Positions 1 to 7,063 of a stretch of 37,279 bases of DNA are shown piece by piece. The translations under genes were made by a program, and so were the position numbers. The notes beneath the pieces are model-generated. The model did no database searches. It was not told where the DNA came from and saw nothing but the letters and a program-made list of their open reading frames with translations. The stretch's first letter is position 1. Every line of letters starts with the position of its first letter. This DNA is from Clostridia bacterium (GTDB lineage Bacteria > Bacillota > Clostridia > Oscillospirales > Acutalibacteraceae), in assembly GCA_024689165.1 (NCBI GenBank), contig JAILDS010000013.1, positions 1 to 37,279 of the forward strand. The letters run 5' to 3'.

Positions 1-333
1 AACGCATATCAATAGATAAAGGATCGCATCGAAGAAAAGATAAACAAAGCGCATAAAAAGAATAATGCCGTCGGCAGAGCCTGTGATGCTTGTAAACAGA
101 AGATAGAACGGCATAACAATAAAACCGAAAAACTGTGACGCGTGCCACTCGTCAATAAACGGACTATCTCCGAAGGAAAAACGCTGCGCCAAAGCGATAT
201 AATAAGCTTCGTCTCTTCTGTCAACGCCGAAGAACGATGAAACCAACAAAAACGCGAACAGAACCGCTCCGCAAACGGCAGCGACTATGAAAAAGCGTTT
301 TTTTAAAGTTTTTGTTAAGAGTTCATCCGACAT
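1..333 (-). CDS. Membrane glycosyltransferase, GT-C fold (PMT_2/ArnT-like). Only the N-terminal 111 codons are present; the gene continues past the window edge.
   Basis: Absent from the ORF track because it is open at base 1. Reverse complement from the ATG at 333-331 reads MSDELLTKTLKKRFFIVAAVCGAVLFAFLLVSSFFGVDRRDEAYYIALAQRFSFGDSPFIDEWHASQFFGFIVMPFYLLFTSITGSADGIILFMRFVYLFFDAILYLLICV with no stop. It has one TM helix followed by a D-E-x-Y-Y loop, as in the first extracytoplasmic loop of GT-C/ArnT/PMT enzymes. Confidence 0.5.
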   Translation of the reverse strand, partial: MSDELLTKTLKKRFFIVAAVCGAVLFAFLLVSSFFGVDRRDEAYYIALAQRFSFGDSPFIDEWHASQFFGFIVMPFYLLFTSITGSADGIILFMRFVYLFFDAILYLLICV

Positions 334-387
334 AATCAAACCCGACGAAATAGTTTTAATAACAATACCATAAAAAAGATATAAATG

Positions 388-419
388 CAACAAAAAACCG
401 GGCGAATGAACGCCCGGTT
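388..419 (-). terminator. Intrinsic terminator downstream of rplL
   Basis: On the minus strand, AACCGGGCG (419-411), loop TTCATT, CGCCCGGTT (404-396), followed by a U-run (TTTTTTG). It starts 17 nt after the rplL stop. Confidence 0.65.
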
Positions 420-435
420 CGAAAAACAAGGGTGA

Positions 436-810
436 TTACTTGAGCTCGACCTTCGCGCCGACTTCCTCAAGCTTAGCCTTGGCGGCTTCGGCCTCTTCCT
501 TCGGAAGGGCTTCCTTGATGGCCTTGGGAGCTGCCTCAACGGCGGCCTTTGCGTCGGCAAGGCCGAGACCGGTGAGTTCACGGACGACCTTGATGACCTT
601 GATCTTCTGATCGCCGATATCGGTGAGAACGACGTCGAACTCGGTCTTCTCTTCCTCAGCGGGGCCTGCAGCGGCGGCGGGGCCGGCGGCTACGACGGCG
701 GCGGCGGCGGAAACGCCGAACTTCTCTTCAACGGCCTTTACAAGCTCGGAAAGCTCAAGAACGGAGAGCTGCGATACTGCCTCGACTATGGCATCGATTT
801 TTTCAGACAT
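436..810 (-). CDS. rplL: 50S ribosomal protein L7/L12
   Basis: Translation [39 protein letters not shown]...Ala/Pro hinge...[20 protein letters not shown]...[12 protein letters not shown] is canonical L7/L12. The start is placed at ATG 810, not the track's TTG at 825, because GGAGGAATTTGTC lies directly upstream. Confidence 0.96.
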   Translation of the reverse strand: MSEKIDAIVEAVSQLSVLELSELVKAVEEKFGVSAAAAVVAAGPAAAAGPAEEEKTEFDVVLTDIGDQKIKVIKVVRELTGLGLADAKAAVEAAPKAIKEALPKEEAEAAKAKLEEVGAKVELK

Positions 811-828
811 GACAAATTCCTCCAATTA

Positions 829-1401
829 TTATTCTGCGGGAGCGGCCGCCGTCTCTTCGGCTGCCGGAGCGGCTTCCTCCGCCGCGGGTTCGGCTGCGCC
901 TTCGCCTGCTTTGTCCACGATCGCCTGGATAACGCGCGCGAACGAGGCCATGGGAGCCTGGAAAACGTTTGCTACCATGGAGAGAAGGGTCTCTCTGTCG
1001 GGCAGCTTGGCAAGACTGTCGATTTTGTCAAGCCCGATGGGCTCTCCGTCAAGGTAACCGCCCTTGATAACGAAGGTCTTGCTTTTTGAGGTCTCGATGT
1101 ACTTCGAAAGGATCCGGGCGGCGGCTGCGTAATCGTCCTTGGAGGAAGCGATAGCGGTCGCGCCGACGAGATGCTCGCAAAGAGGGTCGAGATCGGTGTC
1201 CTTGATGGCAAGGTTGATGAGGGTGTTCTTGTAAGACTTGTAGGTGACGCCCGCCTGTCTGAGATCGGCGCGGAGCTTGGTATCGTCCTCGACGGAGATA
1301 CCTGTAAAGTCAACAAGAAGCCCGGTGCAGGACTCGGAAATCTGGGTCTTGATGTTCTCGACCTGCTGCTGCTTTGCTTCAAGTACCTTTGCGCTTGGCA
1401 T
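829..1401 (-). CDS. rplJ: 50S ribosomal protein L10, with an Ala/Glu/Pro-rich C-terminal tail
   Basis: Protein MPSAKVLEAKQQQVENIKTQI...LLVDFTGISVEDDTKLRADLRQAGVTYKSYKNTL... matches the L10 family. The gene lies immediately upstream of rplL with an 18-nt gap. Confidence 0.95.
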   Translation of the reverse strand: MPSAKVLEAKQQQVENIKTQISESCTGLLVDFTGISVEDDTKLRADLRQAGVTYKSYKNTLINLAIKDTDLDPLCEHLVGATAIASSKDDYAAAARILSKYIETSKSKTFVIKGGYLDGEPIGLDKIDSLAKLPDRETLLSMVANVFQAPMASFARVIQAIVDKAGEGAAEPAAEEAAPAAEETAAAPAE

Positions 1402-1559
1402 AGATTCACCGGCTTTCTGTTTGGATTACGGCTAAAAGCCACGGCAAAAACGAAAAATCTCCCGGGATCACCGAGAGACCGACAAACATAATACAGCTTC
1501 GCTACTCTCGGCAGGCGGTGTAAACCTTTACGCTTTCGCACCTGCTGTCTTAAAACAGC
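1402..1559 (-). promoter_or_regulatory. rplJ 5' leader, an L10-leader-like autoregulatory attenuator RNA (candidate)
   Basis: About 158 nt of untranslated leader lie between a consensus promoter and the rplJ ATG. It contains a terminator (1446-1477) whose 5' arm CUCUCGG can instead pair with an upstream CCGAGAG (1511-1505). Firmicutes rplJ genes are known to carry the L10 leader (Rfam RF00557). Confidence 0.5.
1446..1477 (-). terminator. Attenuator terminator inside the rplJ leader
   Basis: Minus strand: CTCTCGG (1477-1471), loop TGATC, CCGGGAG (1465-1459; 7 bp including one G-U), then ATTTTTCGTTTTT. Confidence 0.55.
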
Positions 1560-1565
1560 TCGGAT

Positions 1566-1594
1566 ATATTAACGCGGATCAACTGCTTTGTCAA
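1566..1594 (-). promoter_or_regulatory. Sigma-A type promoter for rplJL
   Basis: Minus strand: TTGACA (1594-1589), 17-nt spacer, TAATAT (1571-1566). Confidence 0.55.
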
Positions 1595-1623
1595 CTGTTT
1601 TTTTCGTCTTTTTCAAAAAAAGT

Positions 1624-2832
1624 TTACGCATCCCTGATGCCGAGGGCGGCGCGGAGTATCGTCCTTGCCTCAAAGGTAGTCATGACCGCGTCAGGGTCCA
1701 GCTCAGCGGCGATGAGCTGGTACGCCTCCAGCTCGTCGAGCTCAATCGCCCCGCGAAGGGCAAGGCGCGCGTCGAAAGCCGAGACTTCGGAGTCGCCGTC
1801 GACGTCATACTTCACCGCCAGAGTGTAAGCCTTTGAAGAATACTCGGGCGCGCCGTCGGAATAACCGCCGTCCGAGTCGTAGAACACGAGCAGGACGTCG
1901 CCGCTGCTTACGTATTCGCCGTCGGATCTGAGCAGCTTCACTGACTTACCGAACAGATATGACATCTCGCGGACGAATAAGTCTTTGGGCATGCCGGAGG
2001 GTATGTTCCCGATCACGGCGCAGCGCTCGAATACCGAATACGCGGCGCTGAGCTCGACGGCCTCCGCCGGGTCGGACGAAAGCTCCGAAGCGTCGGGATA
2101 CTCCGCTGAATAATCGCGTATCGGATCGGCGTCGACCTCGTCGTAGTTCGGGGCTCTGTAGATCGACACGTTTTCCATGTATCTGCGGCTTCTGGGAATT
2201 GACGCAAACGAGACCTCGTCGATATAATCGGTGTTGTTCGCCTCGTAAACGTAATACCAGCCCTCGTGCTCGAACAAAAAGATGCTGTCGTGCGAACTGG
2301 TCCTTATCAGATCGCCGGGGCGGATCTCGTCAAGGTCTACTGGCTCCTGATCCCTGTCTATGCCGTAATTGTCGAAGCCGAAGACCTTGTACATCACGTA
2401 ACGGGCAAACGCGACGCACTGCCACGCTTTGACGCATTTGCCGACGAGTTCGGGATGGATGCTCAGAAGGGAACAGTTTGTGCAGGTACCGCTTTTGCCG
2501 TGAGCGCACGTTGAACCGGAAACGGTAAAGAACGACCCGTTGGGGTATTCGGGATACAGATCAAGAAGGCGCTGAGAAACACCGCCGCGCGTCATATATA
2601 TTTCTGCGATCCGGGGCGTTACGTCGGACAGCTTTTTTGTCGGATCGGAAACGAATTCCGTCGTCGTCTCCGCGTCCTCGGGCAACGTCGCAGTTACTGC
2701 CTCGTCCGCAGCTTCGGTCACGGTTCCGGCAACCGTTTCATCATCTGCGGACTCGTTCTGAGCAGACGCGAACGGAGAGAGAACGCATAAAAGCATGACG
2801 GCCGCAATTATTGCGGCGGCGGCGTGTTTCAT
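1624..2832 (-). CDS. Secreted papain-fold (CHAP/NlpC-P60-like) protein with a C-terminal dockerin-like module
   Basis: Signal peptide MKHAAAAIIAAVMLLCVLSPFASAQ. The centre has a W-QCVAFARYV Cys motif and a downstream PGDLIRTSSHDSIFLFEHE His motif, a CHAP-like Cys/His arrangement. The C-terminus has YDVDGDSEVSAFDARLALRGAI plus a degenerate second repeat ELDPDAVMTTFEARTILRAAL, resembling dockerin EF-hand repeats. SD GGAGGG precedes ATG 2832. Confidence 0.6.
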   Translation of the reverse strand: MKHAAAAIIAAVMLLCVLSPFASAQNESADDETVAGTVTEAADEAVTATLPEDAETTTEFVSDPTKKLSDVTPRIAEIYMTRGGVSQRLLDLYPEYPNGSFFTVSGSTCAHGKSGTCTNCSLLSIHPELVGKCVKAWQCVAFARYVMYKVFGFDNYGIDRDQEPVDLDEIRPGDLIRTSSHDSIFLFEHEGWYYVYEANNTDYIDEVSFASIPRSRRYMENVSIYRAPNYDEVDADPIRDYSAEYPDASELSSDPAEAVELSAAYSVFERCAVIGNIPSGMPKDLFVREMSYLFGKSVKLLRSDGEYVSSGDVLLVFYDSDGGYSDGAPEYSSKAYTLAVKYDVDGDSEVSAFDARLALRGAIELDELEAYQLIAAELDPDAVMTTFEARTILRAALGIRDA

Positions 2833-2880
2833 GTGATCCCTCCTTCATATCCGGGTCATAACGGCGGAAAACGTCGTTCG

Positions 2881-3666
2881 TCAGTCGCCCGGTCGTATCC
2901 CGAAAAGCTCCAGAGCGTTTTTATGCGCCTGTGAGATGACGCTCTGCGCGTCGAGGCCCTTTATCTCCCCTATCCTTTGAGCAACGGCGGGTATGAACAG
3001 ACTGGTGTTTCTTTCCCCCCTGTGCGGCTCGGGCGAGCTGTAAGGAGCATCCGTCTCGAGCAGGACGCGCGACATGGGCGTCACGGCGGCTACTTTCGGC
3101 TGTTTTTTTGCGTACTGATATGTAAGAGAACCGCCGACGCCGATATACATCCCCATAGCCAGGTACTCTTCGGCAAGCTCCGCCGAACCGGAAAACGAGT
3201 GCAGAACGCCTTTCGGGCGGTACTTCCTGCACAGCTCCAGCACGTCGGCGTGCGCCTCGCGGTCGTGGATTATAACGGGCAGGTCGAGCTCACGCGCAAG
3301 CTCCAGCTGCCGGGCGAAAACCTCTTTCTGAGCCTCGGAGTTATCCTTGCGCCAGTGGTAATCGAGCCCTATCTCGCCGATCGCGACGCATTTCTCGTAA
3401 GAGGCGGCTTCGCGCGTCAGGTCGAGCCAGTTCTCCCCCGCCGCGTCGATATCCTCCGGGTGGACCCCGAAAGCACAGTAAAAAAACGGATACTGCGCAC
3501 AAAGCCTGCGGCTTGAATCAAAGTTCGCAGGCTCGGTCGCGCAGTTGATAACGCCGACGACGCCGCCCGTTGCGAGCGAGGAAACGACCTGCTCCCGGTC
3601 GGAGTCGAACTTAGCGTCGTCGTAATGCGCGTGAGTGTCGAATATATCGTGATATGAATCGGGCAT
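2881..3666 (-). CDS. tatD: TatD-family metal-dependent hydrolase/DNase
   Basis: Motifs FDTHAHYDD, IGEIGLDYHW, PVIIHDREAH, GVLHSFSGS and ETDAPY are TatD signature blocks. Its position directly after metG matches the metS-yabD synteny of Bacillus. Confidence 0.9.
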   Translation of the reverse strand: MPDSYHDIFDTHAHYDDAKFDSDREQVVSSLATGGVVGVINCATEPANFDSSRRLCAQYPFFYCAFGVHPEDIDAAGENWLDLTREAASYEKCVAIGEIGLDYHWRKDNSEAQKEVFARQLELARELDLPVIIHDREAHADVLELCRKYRPKGVLHSFSGSAELAEEYLAMGMYIGVGGSLTYQYAKKQPKVAAVTPMSRVLLETDAPYSSPEPHRGERNTSLFIPAVAQRIGEIKGLDAQSVISQAHKNALELFGIRPGD

Positions 3667-3679
3667 CGAAATAAAAGCT

Positions 3680-3707
3680 GATAGCTGATAGCGGATAGCA
3701 GATAGCG
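3680..3707. repeat. Four tandem heptamers (GATAGCN)x4 in the metG-tatD spacer
   Basis: Plus strand reads GATAGCt GATAGCg GATAGCa GATAGCg (GCTATC x4 in the sense of tatD). The tract ends 14 nt upstream of the tatD ATG. Confidence 0.9.
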
Positions 3708-3769
3708 CAATAAAACAACGTATGAGTATAGGTCAGCCGGTTTTTGGCGTCAGGCAGGAAGACCGAGGT

Positions 3770-5737
3770 TCACCTGACCTTTGAGCCGACGGTCATATCG
3801 TCGGCGAAAATGACCTTCGCGCTCCCGTCCGGCGCGTCAGAGGCAAGGATCATGCCGTTGCTCTCGACGCCGCACAGCACGGCGGGCCTGAGATTTGCGA
3901 CAACAATGACCCTGCGGCCGATAAGGTCTTCCGGCTTGTACCACTGAGCTATTCCGGAACAGACCGTCCTTTCGCCGTTGCCGTCGAAGACCGTGAGCTT
4001 CAGAAGCTTTTTGGAGCGTTTCACGGGCTCGCAGGTCCTGATCTCGCAAACGCGCAGGTCGACAGCGGCGAACGCGTCGATGTCGATCTTTTCGGCCTCT
4101 TCATAACCGCCCGACGCAGCGTTGGCTATCTCGAGCGCCTTTTTCGACACTGCAGTCGCCTCCGCGATCTTTGCGTTTATTGCGTCGATCTTCGGCTGAA
4201 CGTCCTTTATGTCGACTCTTGCGAACAGCGGCTCCGTCACCTTGCAGACCGCTTCGGGTTCATACCCGCCGAAATCCTTGATCGACTCGTAGGACGTCTG
4301 CTTCGTACCGAGGATATCGAATATCTTCGCGGAAGTCTCAGGCATGAAGGGCGACAGCTCCACCGCGATGATGCGGATAGACTCGGCAAGGTTGTAAAGC
4401 ACGGTCGAGAGCCTGTCGCGGCTGTTTTCGTCCCTGGCAAGTAGCCACGGCGCAGTCTCGTCGATATATTTGTTGCTGCGCTTTGCAGCTGCGATCACCG
4501 CGTTTGCTGCGTCGGCTATTCGCAGCTCGTCGAAGGCTTTTTCTTCTTTTTCAAGGGAGGATACGATATCCGCCTTGAAACTGTCGTCAAGTTCCTCGGC
4601 GCAGTCTCTGCAGGGCAGGACGCCGCCGAAGTATTTGTTTATCATCGCCGCCGTACGGGACACGAGGTTGCCGAGCGTATTGGCAAGGTCGGAGTTATAG
4701 CGCTCGATCATCTCTTCGAAGGTGATCGACCCGTCCTGAGCGAAGGGCATCTCGCTGAGCAGGTAATACCTCACCGCGTCCACGCCGAACAGGTCGGCGA
4801 GGTCGTCCGCGTAAATGACGTTGCCCTTGGATTTCGAGATCTTGTCCTCCCCGAAAAGCAGCCACTGGTGACCGTAAACGCGCTTCGGCAGTTCCTCTCC
4901 CAGAGCCATAAGGAAGATCGGCCAGTAAATGGTGTGAAAACGCACTATGTCCTTGCCGATTATGTGAAGGTCCGCCGGCCAGTACTTTTTATAGAGCTCT
5001 CCGGGGTTTTCCGGGTCGTAACCGAGGGCGGTTATATAGTTTGAAAGAGCGTCGAGCCAGACGTAGACCACGTGCCCCTCGTCGAAGGGCACTGGGATGC
5101 CCCACTTGAAGCTTGAGCGCGAAACGCACAGGTCCTGGATGCCGGGACGGATGAAGTTGTTGAGCATCTCGTTCTTGCGCGCCTCGGGATAGATGAAATC
5201 CGGGTTGTCCTCGATATACTTTTCAAGCCGCTTCTGGTATTTCCCCATATTGAAGAAATACGCTTCCTCGCTGCTGACGGTCACTTCCTTGCCGCAATCC
5301 GGGCACCTGCCGTCGACAAGCTGGCTGTCCGTAAAAAAGCTCTCGCACGCAACACAGTAGTTGCCGGAGTACGAGCCCTTGTAGATATCCCCGTTGTCGT
5401 AGAACTTTTTGAATATCTTCTGGACGGCGGCGACGTGGTCGTCGTCGGTCGTTCTGATAAAACGGTCGTAGGTCGTGTTCAGCCTGTCGCAGATATCCTT
5501 TATCTCTCCGGCGACCTTGTCGACGTACTCCTTCGGAGAAACGCCCGCCTCCTTCGCATAAGCCTCTATCTTCTGCCCGTGCTCGTCCGTGCCGGTCAGG
5601 AAATAGACGTCGTAGCCCTGCAGTCTTTTGAAGCGTGCTATCGCGTCGGTCATGACGATCTCGTAAGTATTGCCCACGTGAGGCTTCCTCGACGTGTAGG
5701 CGATGGCGGTGGTTATATAATAAGGTTTCTTGCTCAT
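3770..5737 (-). CDS. metG: Methionine--tRNA ligase with a C-terminal EMAP/Trbp111-type tRNA-binding domain
   Basis: MSKKPYYITTAIAYTSRKPHVGNTYE (HIGH-region variant), Zn-knuckle CVACESF...CPDCG, and KISKSKGN (KMSKS). The C-terminus has DLRVCEIRTCEPVKRSKKLLKLTVFDG...VANLRPA. The start is moved to ATG 5737 (SD GGAGGT 7 nt upstream). The track's 5848 start would include the upstream terminator. Confidence 0.96.
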   Translation of the reverse strand: MSKKPYYITTAIAYTSRKPHVGNTYEIVMTDAIARFKRLQGYDVYFLTGTDEHGQKIEAYAKEAGVSPKEYVDKVAGEIKDICDRLNTTYDRFIRTTDDDHVAAVQKIFKKFYDNGDIYKGSYSGNYCVACESFFTDSQLVDGRCPDCGKEVTVSSEEAYFFNMGKYQKRLEKYIEDNPDFIYPEARKNEMLNNFIRPGIQDLCVSRSSFKWGIPVPFDEGHVVYVWLDALSNYITALGYDPENPGELYKKYWPADLHIIGKDIVRFHTIYWPIFLMALGEELPKRVYGHQWLLFGEDKISKSKGNVIYADDLADLFGVDAVRYYLLSEMPFAQDGSITFEEMIERYNSDLANTLGNLVSRTAAMINKYFGGVLPCRDCAEELDDSFKADIVSSLEKEEKAFDELRIADAANAVIAAAKRSNKYIDETAPWLLARDENSRDRLSTVLYNLAESIRIIAVELSPFMPETSAKIFDILGTKQTSYESIKDFGGYEPEAVCKVTEPLFARVDIKDVQPKIDAINAKIAEATAVSKKALEIANAASGGYEEAEKIDIDAFAAVDLRVCEIRTCEPVKRSKKLLKLTVFDGNGERTVCSGIAQWYKPEDLIGRRVIVVANLRPAVLCGVESNGMILASDAPDGSAKVIFADDMTVGSKVR

Positions 5738-5759
5738 GATCCTACCTCCGGATAGGGGC

Positions 5760-5788
5760 ATTGTAACGCACCGCAGAGAAAAAAACAA
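5760..5788 (-). promoter_or_regulatory. Candidate metG promoter overlapping the upstream terminator U-tract
   Basis: Minus strand: TTGTTT (5788-5783), 17 nt, TACAAT (5765-5760). This leaves a ~20-nt leader carrying the SD. Confidence 0.4.
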
Positions 5789-5831
5789 GAAGAAAATTCC
5801 CGAAGCGAAACCTCTAAGGGATCGCTTCGGG
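5779..5831 (-). terminator. Intrinsic terminator after the HAD hydrolase gene
   Basis: Minus strand: CCCGAAGCGA (5831-5822), 13-nt loop, TCGCTTCGGG (5808-5799), then AATTTTCTTCTTGTTTTTTT. Confidence 0.7.
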
Positions 5832-5884
5832 AACTCTGTGTAAGCCATCCTGCGGGATCGACGCAGACAATGAATTACTGAAAA

Positions 5885-6595
5885 CTACTCCCCTTTACCC
5901 GCTTGAAGCAAGCTGTTGAGGACCTCCCAGACGCTGTCGCAGACGTGCGGAGCTTCCGCGAGAAGCTCCGCCGGGGCAGTGGACATCATCCATCCGGAGT
6001 GGTTGATTATCATTTCCCGGTCGTTATAGTCGTCGCCGAAGACGGCGGCTGCATCGCGGGGCAGCCCGAAATACTCAAGCGCGTCGTACACGCCGGAGGT
6101 CTTGCCGATTCCGGCGGCGCAAATATTGATATGCGGCCCGTTTACGTAAGCAGTTATCCTGTCTCCGAAAAGCGCGTTAAGTTTGTCGGAATACACAAGC
6201 GCGGTTTTCTGATCCTTTGCCCGGGCGTAATACTGGTGGAACACCTCGCCTTCTCCGGTTTCGGAGCAGGACAAAACGTCCCTCCTTGAGACAAGAGAGA
6301 AAAAATTTTCAAGCAGACTGAAATCATCGCGGGGGATCCTGTGCTCCTTAACGACAGAACCATCCGGCAGAACGAGCTGCGCGCCGGTATGGACGAGCAG
6401 GAAATCGTACTCAAGACCGATATCGGAGGCGGTATCGTAAAAATCCATGCCCCGACCGGTGACGACCCCGAAGTACCTCCCGGACTCCCGCCAAGCACGA
6501 ATGGCGGAGCGGTTTTCGGCGGAGACCTCGCCGTGTATGTTTATGGTGCCGTCATAGTCGGTCGCAGCGAGCAGCTTCAAAGTCGATCCAATCAT
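5885..6595 (-). CDS. HAD-IIB (Cof-type) phosphatase
   Basis: Motif I ATDYDGTI, motif II VVTGR, a GIGKT lysine motif and motif IV FGDDYNDREM. Confidence 0.85.
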   Translation of the reverse strand: MIGSTLKLLAATDYDGTINIHGEVSAENRSAIRAWRESGRYFGVVTGRGMDFYDTASDIGLEYDFLLVHTGAQLVLPDGSVVKEHRIPRDDFSLLENFFSLVSRRDVLSCSETGEGEVFHQYYARAKDQKTALVYSDKLNALFGDRITAYVNGPHINICAAGIGKTSGVYDALEYFGLPRDAAAVFGDDYNDREMIINHSGWMMSTAPAELLAEAPHVCDSVWEVLNSLLQAGKGE

Positions 6596-6622
6596 GTGAT
6601 TTACGCTTAAAGACGGCAGGTC

Positions 6623-7063
6623 TCAGCCGACAACAACAGTTCCGTCCTCTTTGACGCTGACGGTATCGCCCGTTTTGACGGCGTCGAGAAAATCGTCGCC
6701 GAGGCAGTCGACGCAAACAACGCCGCTGTTTTCCCACACGCGTGCAAGGACTATACCGGACGCGGCGAGCGAGTCGATATGCTTTGAGAACAGGAACGCG
6801 ACGGGATTGATCCTCATCGCGCAGACGGTCTGGATGACAAGCCCTCCGGTGGTTGAGCCTATGGTCTGCGGCAGGCATAGTATTTTGCCGGTGATCTCTT
6901 TTTTATAAACGTCCGGATTGTTCTGATCGCCGCCCAGGACGGTCTTTTTGCCGTCCATAACGCTTTTCTGGAAGGTCGCGAGAGTATTGAGCCCGCTGCG
7001 GGAAACTACGGCCTCTCCGCTTACCGAACCGGCGGCTATGACCCTGCCCTTGAATTCACGCAT
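6623..7063 (-). CDS. Aconitase X small subunit / swivel domain (DUF126, PF01989)
   Basis: 146 aa reading ...GRVIAAGSVSGEAVVSRSGLN...GKILCLPQTIGSTTGGLVIQTVCAMRINPVAFLF... is typical DUF126. Its start abuts the stop of the upstream large subunit (TAA ATG). Confidence 0.85.
   Translation of the reverse strand: MREFKGRVIAAGSVSGEAVVSRSGLNTLATFQKSVMDGKKTVLGGDQNNPDVYKKEITGKILCLPQTIGSTTGGLVIQTVCAMRINPVAFLFSKHIDSLAASGIVLARVWENSGVVCVDCLGDDFLDAVKTGDTVSVKEDGTVVVG

Noticed and set aside
9-224. 71-aa minus-strand ORF from the supplied track
   Set aside because: A different minus-strand frame is open from ATG 333 to base 1 and encodes a convincing TM helix plus a GT-C-type DEAYY loop. The 71-aa frame gives a Cys/Leu/Ser-rich sequence with no SD.
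3680-3707. Possible CRISPR or other array
   Set aside because: The repeat unit is only 7 bp with no spacers, so it is a simple tandem microsatellite and not a CRISPR array. It is kept as a repeat feature.
5738-5848. N-terminal extension of metG in the track (start at 5848)
   Set aside because: The extension would translate through the terminator hairpin and U-tract (…GIFFLFFSLRC…). The conserved MetRS N-terminus begins at MSKKPYY, with a GGAGGT SD.
5738-5884. Possible T-box riboswitch upstream of metG
   Set aside because: The region is only 147 nt. I found no T-box consensus (AAUUAGGGUGGUACCGCG-like) and no specifier-loop architecture. The single hairpin is better explained as the terminator of the upstream HAD gene.
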